Below are positions 50,801 through 63,506 of a stretch of 64,000 nt of DNA, in pieces. The notes beneath the pieces were generated by a model. The model ran no database searches, was not told the origin of the DNA, and saw only the letters and a list, made by a program, of their open reading frames with translations. The stretch comes from Anolis carolinensis. Taxonomy: Eukaryota. The DNA is taken from positions 332,577,402 to 332,641,401 of the forward strand of contig NC_085841.1 in assembly GCF_035594765.1 (NCBI RefSeq), read 5' to 3'. Each line of letters starts with the position of its first letter. The stretch's first letter is position 1. Position numbers and translations under genes: made by a program.

Positions 50801-51974
50801 CAAATACATAGTGCTGAACATTTTATAATTAAAACTTTGATTCTAATAAAAACTGGGCTTGTCCAGATCCACCCAACTTCTGTGCATCTTTTCATAATTT
50901 GAGATACATGGGAAAGGAATTTTCATCAATTTCATTACTTTCTGATCAGTCCAGACTTTTGACAATATATATCTTTTGCTTCCTGCCTTTGGTACCAAAT
51001 ATAGCAAGACACCAATTATTGTAATTAGTGGCTTGCTTTCCCCCAACATTTGAGTACTCTCACTATTACTGTCATTACCTCATCACCCTTTTCCCTTCTC
51101 TCCATCCCATTTTCTTGGAGAAGCAGACCAACATTTGACTGCGATTTGTCAATACACGCAGTACAAGTCAATAAGCACCTAGACAAGTAGTGAAATAGAA
51201 GGAGGCAACTATAGATTTCTGAGCTTATTTTTTGTGAGTTTTTCAGAACGTGTATGTTTTATTTTTGTCAGATATTATCTTGACCTAGCTAGAGATGAGC
51301 ACATTCCCCTAGCAAATTATATGACCTTGTTCTTACCCCCCCTCATGAAAAACATGAGTTTTGGGTATATGTGTGTATGTGTTTGTTCACACACAAACAT
51401 TGTGTTATAGGAATTAAAGAAAGGGAAATGAAATCACAGGAGCTCTTTTTCCAAAGAGAGATGGGAACAGTTTATTGCTTTAGGGACATCCAGAAATCTT
51501 GGGAACACCGTCCTAGAAGTTAGCAAATTTGAAATAATGAAGGAATTATCACTTTTATGTGGCTTACAAGTTGCAATAGTTGGGGTTAGCATAAAGCAAA
51601 TGATAAGGATAATTTCTTGGAATCTTGCTGGAAGCATGCTAAATGGATGATTCAATAGACTTTTATGAATTAATGTAAAAAGGTGGGAAACACTAAAAAA
51701 ACCACAAAAATAAGTTGATGAAGCAGTAAAACATAATAAAAACAAAAGAAATAAAAATGATGCATGAAGGCTTTGTGTGAAGGCTTTAAATTATCTGAGC
51801 AAATAAATAGGCTGGCACTGTAACACTCCACTGACTGAGGCGGAATGAATGCCATAGATAGAACAGCACTTGTGAGAAGGTCTTTTCCTTTGAACTTATG
51901 TTAAAACGCTCTCATGGAAAAGAAACCCAGGAAAGAACATGACTTCAAGATTCAAAACAGGCTTTTTTTATATA

Positions 51975-52297
51975 CAGTAGAGTCTCACTTATCCAACATA
52001 AACGGGCCGGCAGAACGTTGGATAAGCGAATATGTTGGATAATAAGGAGAGATTAAGGAGAAGCCTGTTAAACATCAAATTAGGTTATGATTTTACAAAT
52101 TAAGCACCAAAACATCATGTTATACAACCAATTTGGCAGAAAAAGTAGTTCAATATACAGTAATGCTATGTAGTAATTACTGTATTTACGAATTTAGCAC
52201 CAAAATATCACGATGTATTGAAAACATTGACTACAAAAATGCGTTGGATAATCCAGAACGTTGGATAAGCGAATGTTGGATAAGTGAGACTCTACTG
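51975..52297. mobile_element. Tc1/mariner MITE, full length (323 bp)
   Basis: TA|cagtagagtctcacttatccaac ... gttggataagtgagactctactg|TA, perfect TIRs. Confidence 0.95.
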
Positions 52298-52636
52298 TAT
52301 CTAGGGAGATGTGATTCTGCGTGTAGTGTAGCATAATACATTGTAGCAAGAGTGGAAGAGAGATTACTGTATATTGGATCTGAGATCATTTGGTGGATTC
52401 CATGAGCAGTTCAAAATACTAAAGGGCAGCCTTATGTTCACTCTGCTTAGTTAAAGCTAAGCCATTTGCTAGAAGTTATTTGTTCAAAAACTAAGGCTGC
52501 TAAGGTAGTGGAAATGGTCAACATTTTCTAATGGTACACCATTAAGCTGTATTTCTGGCATTGCAGAGGGATTGGTTGGTACCTAGTAGAGCACTTTGGT
52601 TTCCTTTATGTTTAGTGAGAATCCAAGCTAATTCTT

Positions 52637-52940
52637 AGCTTTGGATAGCATGGGGAAGGTTTAACACCCCTGCGGTGTTGTTTTGCTGTCTGTACCTGTG
52701 TTCAGAGGATTTCACCTCACTTTCTGTTTCTGTGACAATTGGAGTTTGAAAGATTTGGCTTGTTGTGGAAACAAACATGGGTGATAAAGCTTCAGTGGAG
52801 ACACCTTTTCTCTGTGATAATTCTTTCAGGAGTGAATTTTCCTTCTGAGGGGTAGGTTTCTCTCACTTTCTATTGTCTTAGCCCCATTCTTAACTATGAG
52901 TCATTTCTAAGTTAGATGTTTATAAGCCAGGGACTTCTTG
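52637..52940 (-). mobile_element. Tigger/mariner-like MITE arm
   Basis: Reverse-complement homolog of 11207-11419; ends gggacttcttg|TA. Confidence 0.75.
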
Positions 52941-54889
52941 TACTTGGTTAGAATGAAGATGTTTATTCCGGAATTCATCCTTATAACTTTCTCTTGTATG
53001 CTTGCTTGCTCTGTGTTTTCACTTCTGCTTATCAAGTTCTTATGGGGTGTCTCTAGAAAAGCTAGAGGTTGAAGGGGAGAGGCAAGAAACAAAATACTAA
53101 CAGCTGGTAGACAAAAAGACATAAAGCTGCAATAAAATATAACCAGTAAATATAAAAGATCAATGCCTAATGCAGTAGTCCAAACCAGAACTGTTTAACC
53201 ATAAGAATAGCATGACAAAAACAAACAAGTGTTTCACATTTGCATTGCATACCTCAACCATTAAACTAGATGGTTGTTTTGGCAGAAAGAGAAAAACTTT
53301 TGGCATGGGTCCCTATGTTCTTGATCTCAGTCCTGTTGCACTGGGTTTTTAAGCACCTGGGGCTGCCACAGAACCCTTGGCTAACAGAGCTGCATGGGAG
53401 ATTCATTTCCTTGCCACCTTGCTGCTGTCCAATTGGATCATCTGCTTATTCACCCGTTCTCTCAAACAGATGTCAGACCAAAGGAAGTAACAGAGGAAAT
53501 TGCTAATATTCCAGGAGGTCGGTCAGCTTTCATAGAAGAGACCAGACAGAAGTAAGCTATTAGATATACAAATACACTTATCTTCTGCTCTCCCCATGGA
53601 TATCTCCTGTTAGTCTTGGTTCACATCAGTTACTTCTGCTGAAAGCATTCCTCCTTTTCCCTCCAGTTCATCATCATGCGTCCGACAGCTGATGGGAGTT
53701 TGGGGAAATGGAGGCCATGTGCATCCTGTAGTTGTCTCAAAGGAACTTGTGCTAGAGTTACGATACAAGCTGTTGGTTGTAGAGTGTATAGTGTTAATCC
53801 TCCCACTGGGGAGGGAAGAAACTTTATGCCTTCGGGGGACAACACTTGCTAGAGTTAATGTAAAGTGGCAGTTGCTACAACTAGGGAAACAGGATTGAGA
53901 GCAGGGGTGAGAAAATCTCTCAGTCTTAATTTCATTGTGCTGCTCCATGTCCCAACGGCATATTTTAAAGCCTTTTTTGTATCAGTTTGTATGATTTGAG
54001 GTTCTTTTTCTCCACTGATATCAGTTACCTCTATGTTTTATTGAATTTTCCTAATGTGCACGATAATTCATACATTTCCCTACCTTATGAATTTCCCCAC
54101 ATTGCTTCAAGTGTATATTTTAAATTTTTTCTCATTTCGAAATGTGTGCATTTTGATACATGTTTTATTTTCCAAAAATGCCTGTAAGCCTTGAAAATGT
54201 TTAAATTCACAAATTTAGATATGTTTCTTTCCACAACTAGGTCTAAGAGGTGCTTAATTATTATGTTTATCAAAACTGTCAAAACATTTTTCTTCTTCTT
54301 TAAATTGTGTTTTCTCTTGGTAGTTTCTACATAATTTCTAGTTTTTATACCAATCTGGGATGGTGGTGATGGATCAATGGTTCAGTGAAATGCAAAATCA
54401 TGTCTATTTTGCTGTGTTTCCTGTTTTAGTAGTTAGGTACCTGTGAATGCACTTCTACTTTTCCAATAGCATTGACTGCTTATTGGTTGTGATGCTTAAC
54501 TTCTTGTATTTGATGGAGGTAGGAAGAAAAAAAGAGGTGGTGGTTGGAGAAAAGGATTTCTCCAAAATGAAGACACATACGAGTACAAGAAGATGACAGC
54601 ATTTATTTTCTTTTATGGACTGATTTTCTGTAACTACTTTGCAGTCACAATCCTCTGTGGGAACCACAGTTATGAGATCCCTATTGTTTGACTAAAACAA
54701 GGTTTCCTAGGGATGACCAACACAGTTGTGTTTTAGGAGAATAAATTTAATGACTACAGATTATTTACATAAATACTGAAGATATCAAGATAAAGACTCA
54801 TATATAACTTGGTTTACTCATAAATCAAAATTGAGTCTTTAGTCAAGAAATCAGAAGACTTAAAGGTTGGAAGAAGAGCTATGTAGGAG

Positions 54890-55195
54890 CTAAGGAAGAC
54901 CATCAGGATCATCCATGCTATGGTATTTCTGGCTGTTCTGTGTGGTTGTGAAAGGGTACTGTGGAGACAGCTAACAGGGAATTAACCCATTAGAAATGTG
55001 GTACTAAAGAAGTATTCTGTAGATACCATGAACTTCGAAAAAGATCAATAAATGAGCCTGAAAGCAAATCGAGCCTGAATTCTCACTGTAACCTGATTGA
55101 CCGAAGCTTTCATGCTATAGATATATCATGAGATAATGTAACACATTGGACTCTGTAAAATGGAAGGTAGCAGGAAAAAGGGAAGAACAGATATA
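54890..55195 (+). mobile_element. RTE-BovB-like LINE ORF fragment, highly degenerate
   Basis: Piecewise translation TIRIIHAMVFLAVLCGCE...INPLEMWY*RSIL*IP*TSKKIN...KMEGSRKKGR matches the recalled BovB pattern KAMVFPVVxYGCESW...FELWCWRxxLRVPWTA...KxEGxRxRGR. Confidence 0.75.
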
Positions 55196-55244
55196 AATGA
55201 ATTCTTAAAACTCTTGCATAAAATTACCTTCAGGCTATGTGTTT

Positions 55245-55376
55245 AAAGTGCATATGAAACAAATAAATTTCTTATCTGAATTGGGTTCAATCTCCATACA
55301 TTATGTACTTATATGCATATTAGTATTCCAAACACTTCTGATCCCAAGCATTTTGGAGAAGGAATCTCAACTTGTA
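55245..55376 (+). mobile_element. Tigger-like MITE right end
   Basis: aaacacttctgatcccaagcattttggagaaggaatctcaacttg|TA, resembling the Tigger-type ...cccaagcatttcggataagggatactcaacctgTA end. Confidence 0.6.
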
Positions 55377-57120
55377 TTTTTAATGTTTCCACTTTCTCCT
55401 TCCTTACTGGGTTTATCAGTATACAGTTGAGTTGAGTACGTTTGCCTTGCTCCTATCTGGTCAACTCAATAACTTTCCTCACACCTAGGACACTCTGAAA
55501 TGAAGCCTTTAGGATTGTAAAGATGAGATTCATCTGAGCCTCGTTGAATGGAAGCATTGATTTGGGGCTGTCAGAGGGAATAATGTAATCCCCAATGAGT
55601 TTGATTTACCCTGTGTATTGTAATCAGATAGCAGTGTAAGTTGTTTCCAGCAAGCTCTTTTAAATCATTTTTAGTACGTATTGAAAGTGACAACACTATA
55701 TTTTATTGTTGAATTGCTGTCCTCCAGTAATAACTAACACATGTCATAAGCTACAGTTTTGGTTCCTGTGGCATCCTTTTTCTTACTCATATACTCCTCT
55801 TCTTTTTGTTGCTCACAGAAGCTCTCTCTTCTCAAAGCACCATGTGATGCTGTCCCCTTGGTAATTCACATTGTCATGACATTTTGAGTCCTAATACAAG
55901 TCCGTCTTTCTCCTTGAAAAAGCTGCTTGGATCTTTAGTTTGTTCTTAATCATGGTTGTAAATTGCTGCCACAAGAAAGTAATGTGTTGAGAAATAAAAT
56001 GGGGGACTGTTTCTTTATTATACTTGGTTATATTGAACTCATTTGCCACCTGGACTCTTTATAGCTAAACAGCATTATAAAATCAAATACAAATCACTGA
56101 AAAAATTACAGTGAGAATATAAACAAACAGGCAAATCCCAAATGCTGAAAAATAGCAACCACATACCAGAATAGAAAAATTGCCTTAAAAATTTAATGTG
56201 TTGGAGGTAATAGGTAAACAAAAAGGCAACTGCAAGCCACAAAAATATGCTAAAGGAGACAAGCAAAGTGCAACACACATAGAAAGTGTATATTACTTAA
56301 TTAGATTATCCATGTGTTTATATAGTTCTTTCAGAAACTAGGATTGGTGTTTTGTTCAGTAGGAGGACTGGAAAGCCTAAGTCCAATATAAGGATAAGAA
56401 TTCATTAAAATTAGTTTTCCTGCTGAAGCAATTTTTTTAAAATGTCTGCAGAAAAATAGAAGTGTGTAAATCTAGCCTGTCTAGGAAGAGAGTTCTGCAG
56501 CCTGGGAACAAGTGTAAAGGCCCTCTCCTGTGTTCACACCTGATAAACCTGTGAGAATGGTGGAACAAGATAGTGACCTTCCCAGAAGGCCTCAAAACAT
56601 AGCAGGTTTGTGTGGGAGAAACAATCCATCAGATAGAAGACTGCTATCTGTAAAGTAGGACACTTGACCTCATCATACACCCAAAACTCATATAACACTG
56701 CATACCTAGAAGCCTTCAAGATCCTTTTTTGCTTTGTTACATTTAAGATTCTATAGAATTCACACAATTTCCCAGTCAATGTGGAGGTGAATACCTGGAG
56801 GATACATTGCTTGTTCTTCTGGCACACAACACATATTATAGCACCAGTTAGCATTAGACTCATGAGAGCTCTCTTCGTCAGTTCATCACATCTCCTTTCT
56901 GGTTCCCAGTCAGGTTATCACTACATTCCATCAGTTCCCTCCAACATAAACTACTCATCTTGACTTTAGTCAACATTTTCTCTCCTTCCTTTGTTCTCCA
57001 ACTACCACCCTAAAATTGGAACTTGTCACCAACATGATATCTCAAGTTTTTTTTAATTTCTATGTCAATTCACACACAGAGTCTGCATATAAAAGTCTGT
57101 TCCTAGGTACTTTATTCCAT

Positions 57121-57200
57121 GCATCTGACGAAGCAGACTTAATTTACAAAAGCTTGTGCTACCAAATTCATTCTGTGTTAGTCTAAGTAGTTCAAGATGA
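57121..57200 (+). ncRNA. Degenerate minimal type I hammerhead motif in a Penelope-like remnant
   Basis: gcat-CTGACGA-a-gcagac-ttaa-tttac-AAAA-gctt-gtgc; stem I gcat/gtgc; core GAAA changed to AAAA. Confidence 0.55.
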
Positions 57201-58037
57201 TGATTTGTTTTATACTCTGCTTTTCCTCATAAGAACTGAGAGCATTTATCACATTTATCACATTGGCTTACCATTATCGGTTGGATTAATGATGAATATT
57301 AATGAAGATGAAACAATGGAGAAGGGTTTTTTTGGTTTGAGGTTTGGTACCTGAATTACACTCTTTCTCTTCTGTCTTTGATTGTTTTATCAAGAAGTTT
57401 TTGTGGGTACTACATTATTCTATGAATACAGTGTGTTGGGTGTACAAGCACTTTTACCATCTAGCTTAGATTTGAAGCTGCATATTCTGAAGGTGACATT
57501 TATGGAGAGTTTAAAAAACTAGGAAAAAGTTCTTGGAAATACTGACAAGGTGAAACTGTGTTCACATAGTACGTGTGAGAGAGGATCATACCTGCTAACT
57601 GAAGAAAATAAATCTTCCCACTTCTGTATTTGAACTCCCTTATGTTTCTGGGTAATTTTATATATGGAAATAAGGTAGAGCTGATAATACATTTTTCTTA
57701 GATGGTAGTGATGGATGATAACCATGAGAACAAAAGAACTGAGATTAAACTTTGATTCTTAAAAAAAAAACCCTCCTTATTTCCTTGTTCCTTCAAAGAA
57801 TCTCAGAAATTGGTTCTCAGTTGAGGGCTTCAAGAGTAGTCCCATATCTCCTCTGTTATTTCAAAAGAGACTGGCTAATCAGCCAGCTGCAGGGAACATT
57901 TGGCTCTTTTAACCCTTCCTTTCAGGAAATGCTATCATGTCATTGCATAGTAGCAGAGTCAACTTTTAAAAAAATGTACAGATACCATATGGTATCATTT
58001 ATCCTGGATGATTTTTTTACCATTAGTTCCATGGAGG

Positions 58038-58135
58038 TAGCTGTGCTGGTCTCTTACAGCAAAAGCAACAAGAGTCTTAAATGTCAAACAAAACATGCTC
58101 AATTTTCATAGACTGCAGTCCACTTCATCAGATGA
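58038..58135 (-). ncRNA. Minimal hammerhead-like motif in a Penelope-like remnant
   Basis: Minus strand cat-CTGATGA-a-gtggac-tgca-gtctat-GAAA-attgagcatg...aagactcttg...agaccagcacagctac. Confidence 0.55.
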
Positions 58136-59777
58136 ACAGAGTGTACAAGAGCTTTAGTAAGCAGCTATTTATGTGCAGACAGGTGAAAATGCAAAAAATA
58201 CCTGGTTCAAATTTGAATGTAGTCCACTTTTAATGACAGCCTGGAAGATTTCACACATTCATAAGCAGAATGGAAGGAACCTCCATTGAGAGACTAAAAT
58301 AAAACAAAAAAAGAGTGAAAGAGAAATTGACAGATTTTATTCATTCCTAGTAGATGCAAATTGTCAATATGCCGTGTGCTAGCACTTTGATTATTCAGCT
58401 CCTCTTTTTTGACTACATAGATTATTATCTTAAGCTGTCTGCCTTTTCTCTGAAGATTTCTCATTGTACTATCATTGAATACCTATGGGCTAAAAGTGGC
58501 TCTGTGGGAAGTAAGAGCAGTAATGTCAACATTAAATATTAATAATGGAATAAGAAGTGTATTAAAAAAAAAGAACAGGCACCTACTCAAGTTGGCTGGC
58601 ATTAAATACACAGCAGTGCTGCCAGTATTATGATTGTGGACACAGTTCAAAGAGTATGTAGCTTTCTAATCTGAGTTTGGTTTAGTTTGTTTGCTTTAAT
58701 GCACTCTTATGACATAGTCAATTGAAGAAATATTTTATTGATAAAATAGAAGAGAAGGTTTCTGTTGTTCACAGTTTGTGTTTCTTACTTTGGAAAGCAA
58801 GTACTCAACTCCCATTTAGCATATAAAGTAAAACAGCTGTCACAGATCTAGTATACCAATCAGACTAGGAGCATTCTTGTATCTCGGAAATCTCAGTGCC
58901 ATGAAAGATCTCATGGTCTTTCATGATAATACAGTAATCATGATACATTAAGTATGTACCATTACTATGTTCAGAAAAGTAGACATTTGAGTTCACAGCA
59001 CAAGCAGCACCTTAACTTAGCATTGGTGACTATTAAGCTGTTGTTTTAGCTTTTAGCTTTTAATTAACAAGATGGTTGAAGAAGCTTTCCAAGAAGGAGG
59101 AGTGAATGCATGAGGTGCCAACTGGATCTCTGCTCAAAGCTATAGAAGCTTGTTAGAAGCAACCTTCTAGAGCTAGATCTATCTATTTTGTTTGTCTGTC
59201 TATTGACTTCTAAGATAGAATCTACCTTGAAAAAATCAGGCACTTTTTAAAACAGACACACCCATGAATATTATTTTAAGGCAATGCTTTCAGCCAGAGA
59301 TTTTGCTTCACTTTTAGACCCTTGGAAGGAGGACCAAGCCCCGATTAAGATGTCTGAGAGCCCAGTCACTATTTCACATAGCAACATCTCTTGGTTTTGC
59401 AATCCTTCTTGAAAGCATTAGCCCTACTTGGGGTGCTGGAAAAAAATGTCACGTAGCTACCATGAAATATTGTTGCCAAATGTAGCTTCTGTAATAGTCA
59501 AATACTTAAGCTGAAATAAAAGTTCCACATGAGAAACAATGTAGGAGATATACCATTGGTTTTGAGTTTTTCTTAAAGATCCATCTCACCCACTAGCTTG
59601 GTCAGACCAGACGCTGCAACGTTTTACTGTGATAATGCTGTGAATTAGAGATTATGATTGTGTTATGAATCCTTAGTGGTTGTATCAGCCACATTACAGG
59701 AAAAGCTGCAACCATGAAAGAGAGTGTCTCAGTTGACCTAGGTAATTTCAGCTCGGAGATTCGGTTTGGGCTTACCA

Positions 59778-59904
59778 GAGGGATAGTATTGTGTGGCCCT
59801 CCAGATGTTGTTGGTCTACAGCTCCTATCATCTCTCATTGCTGGCTATGATGGCTAAGGTTGCTGGGAATGCCATATGGAAGGCCACATATTCTCCACTC
59901 CTGA
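59778..59904. mobile_element. Old hAT-like palindromic MITE
   Basis: tgtggccctccagatg / catatggaaggccaca inverted motifs; ends cactcctg. Confidence 0.55.
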
Positions 59905-60397
59905 TTTGTAATATTTCGTGGCAGACTGCTTAGTGAAATTTATCTGCATAAATGGGATAGAGGATGAAGTTCTTTACATCTGAATCAGTATCTATATCTT
60001 CATGAAATTATATTTGGAAAAAGTATAATATTTGCAGCCAGATTACACCATATATTAATAGTCCACAATAAATTGTTTTGTGCACACTAATACCTCTGCA
60101 CTTATGCCCTGTCGATACAATCTGTTTTCTGCAAAAGCTGATTAAAGCATGCATGTGCAGCTGAATGCTCTGAGTTTGGATTTCATACTTGTGCTGCTTA
60201 GTAGTTTTCTTGTGCATCTCATGTTTTCTCCATCTCAGCTCTACATCTGAAACATGGATATGCAATACACTATTGAAGTTATAACTCACCTCACAGGGCA
60301 GTAGTGAGGACAGACAGACAATGCAAAGCACTTGGCACATGCAGCCAGTTGTACTGAATTATTAATAATTGCAAACTGAAAACTGCTCTCATTTTAG

Positions 60398-60762
60398 ATG
60401 AGGAATGAAAGGAGATATGATAGTGGTCTTCAAATATCTGAAGGTCTGTCAAATGGAAAATAGAGTGAACTTGTTTTTTCTTGCTCCAACAGGCAGAACT
60501 AGAAGCAATGGCTGGAAATTAATGGGAAACATTTTAACAAATTGTATGGAGTGGTATAAGCCTTAAGGAGAAATGCCCTAATGTAGAAGAACTTTAGATA
60601 TTGAACAGATTATCTTGGGAGATGTTGGGCTTTCTTTCACTGTGGGTATTTAAGATGAATCTAAACAAGCCTCAGTCACAGCCTGCATTATAGACTCTGT
60701 GTTGAGCAGAAGGTTTGGCTAATGTGACCTCAAACATTCTTTACAACTAATGTTATTCTATG
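60398..60762 (+). mobile_element. CR1 LINE 3' fragment
   Basis: Translates GMKGDMIVVFKYLKVCQMENRVNLFFLAPTGRTRSNGWKL (CR1 ORF2 C-terminal region); ends caactaatgttattctatg. Confidence 0.85.
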
Positions 60763-61547
60763 CCAAGAAACATTTAAAATCCCCAGCTTTTGATCTGTTG
60801 CATGTTTCTTTCTGTTTGATTATTCAAAGCATCAGGTAGTAATATGAAGCTTTGTTTTTCTGCCAGTTTTCATTGTAGGTTTTTGTTTATATACACACAC
60901 TTACAGTCAGAGGGAGAGAGTTAGCAAAATTCATTTTAAACCTTTCCATAATTTTAGTTTGGTTTCTTTCAGTTCAAGTGGATTTGCTTTTGCTCGCATT
61001 TTATGAAAATATGTGGAAGGCATTTTTTAAAAAAATGTACTTCTATTTTTAAAGGCAGTCTGGAGAAAAGCAAGGGAAGTGATGCTGTTAAATCACACTT
61101 TTATTAATGACTAATAGATAACTGACATTTTCATAGCTTCCGCCATACAGCTATTCAAAAGCACTTGATAGACTATGTAGACCAGATATAGGAACTGATT
61201 CATCTTGCCATGAAATTCAGCCTTCTCTGAAGTAAGCAGTGCTAAACAGACCTTGAGTTTTTAAAAAATTGTTAAAGTTCTCAGCTCGCAATTTCATAAG
61301 GAAAAGAAATGTGTCAGAAGGAAGTTATCCGAAATAGAATTTAACAGCCATTCTACAGAAAATGTCTGAACTTTTTTACAACACAGAACTCCAAAAGCTA
61401 GTGGCAAAAAAGTCTTCAGGATGTCTGGACTTTATTTTCAAATCTCGTGGTACAGGGTTAAAATTTTAAAAGTGGGAGGTTTGAAGGAATTAGGTCACAA
61501 CGTGTGACCTAAGTGTATGGATACTACATGCATGCATACATATATAT

Positions 61548-62960
61548 GAGGGGTATGCGATCAATGAAAAAAAGTTTCAATACTCATTACTAAATTGGGT
61601 GGTGGTGGTGGTGGAGATTCATTTCTAAAGTGCTTCTAAATATTGTAAGGGGTCTGTGTCATAACTATTAGGAAGTAATGAAATTTTCTTTATTATTTCA
61701 TTATGTAATTGTGCATGTGGGGATGATTCCGGTACTCATTTCTCCTCAATTTTTTAGAATTATTGGAATGAAACTTGCTACAATTGTAGAACACGTTTAC
61801 TACTGTTACCCCCCCAAATTTCATAACGTTTCACTCTTCCACTTCTTTGGGGAGAGGGGATTTCCCAAGCTTTGACAAACAACATTAAAAAAAACTACAA
61901 GAACTATCTCTTTGAATTTATTTACAATAACACAACATAACCAGGGCATAATTCCCACCAGGTTTCAGAAAGATGTGTACATCTAGTGATTTTTGGGGAA
62001 TTTTAAAATATTTGTCATTTTTTAAAAAGCCACAACAGCTATAATGTATCTTAGCTGCTATGGCTAGCTGGAGTGAGGTGGGATGGGGTGGAGTGGTTGG
62101 TTGGTGGCCACCCCACCCCAAATGAGGTAGTCACTAGGGGCGTGCAATTCAAGTAAACACAGAATGATTTTGGAAAACTACTATAGCTTTGGGACTGTTT
62201 CCCAGTCACTCCAGCAGATGCAGTATCAGATGCAATAACTGCAAAGAGATTTTTTCTTTAAACTGCTTTACTTTAATTCATCTAGGTTTCCCAAACACAG
62301 AATAGTTTGGGAAGCTACTAAAGCTTTGGGACTATTTCCCCAGTCACCCCAACAGATGCAGTATCAGATGCAATAACTGAGAAAAGTTTCCTACCCACAG
62401 AATGGTTTTGGGAAAAAATCTTTTTCCTCCCAGCAGTCACTCCTTAGAAGAATCAATAATAAATTAAATTATAGAAGTAAAATAAAATAAATATAGAAGA
62501 CTCCCAGCAGTCTAGATTCCTCCTAATAGCAGTCAGTCACTCAGTCCTCCTAGTTTCTCTCAATGTAGCCCAATGTGTGCCTAGCTTTTGCCTAGCCTGC
62601 TGCTCTGCTTGCAATCTCGTTCTCTCTCTCTCTCCCTCCCTCCCTTCCTCCCTGCTTGTAATGGAGGCAGCCTCATGGTGCTCCTTAATTTAAAGGGGAA
62701 TGGCTGTGGCTCCACATCCCCCCCATCCCACCAAGTTTGGCTTTGTCTCCTGGTACAGTTTGATTGCTCTGGAAATTAAAACTGTGTCATGGAGAGAGTT
62801 ACAACATTTATGCAACTTATGAAAAAGTACTGGATCAGAGTTTAATTTCTTAAGTTTTTGGTGTGGGTGCTGCCTGCATTTTTAAATATTGAGTTATATG
62901 TTTGACTTTTATGAAATAGACCTGACATACTGTGCTGACATGACTTTCTGCACAGCCCTA
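61548..62960. mobile_element. Non-autonomous hAT element (~1.4 kb), possibly composite
   Basis: Termini gaggggtatgcg / tgcacagcccta; atatatat on both sides (61540-61547, 62961-62968); second TIR-like taggggcgtgca at 62135; internal direct repeat 62155-62241 / 62293-62379. Confidence 0.65.
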
Positions 62961-63087
62961 ATATATATCCATATGCTGTCTTGCAAACTTACATACACAT
63001 ATCCCCCATGGGTATGTGGAATAACTGAGACTTAAGTTATCAAGTCTAATGTATTATGTTGATTTCCTTTGCCCTTTTCTAAGAATG

Positions 63088-63297
63088 AGAGACAGTATGA
63101 CATAGTGCTTTAAGCACTGGACTAGGACACTGGAAGACTATGGTTCATATTCCTGCTTAACCAAGGAAACCTACTGGATGAACCTGGCCAGGTTACAGTC
63201 TATCAAACACACTCTGAAGAAATCTTGCTAAGAAAATACAATGAAAGGTGTGCCTTAGGTTCGTCAGAAGTCAGAGATGAAAAGCACACAACAACAC
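63088..63297 (+). mobile_element. tRNA-derived SINE (second family), degenerate
   Basis: A-box-like tgacatagtg, B-box-like ggttcatattcc, body ctctgaagaaatcttgctaagaaaa, (CAA)n tail. Confidence 0.7.
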
Positions 63298-63506
63298 AAT
63301 TTTAGGATGGATAATGTCTGAATCCAATTTTTAATCTTAGAAAGAGGCTTAATTTTGCAGATGTGCTTTGCCCAAGTTCATCCAGTAGGTTTCTGTTTAG
63401 TGTGACTTCTTCTGAGTAGCTTTTTATGAGATTGCGCAATATATAACACAGATGTAATGTTTCTGTAAAACAGTGTGGTGCTGGAGGAGATCATTGAAGT
63501 CTCTTC

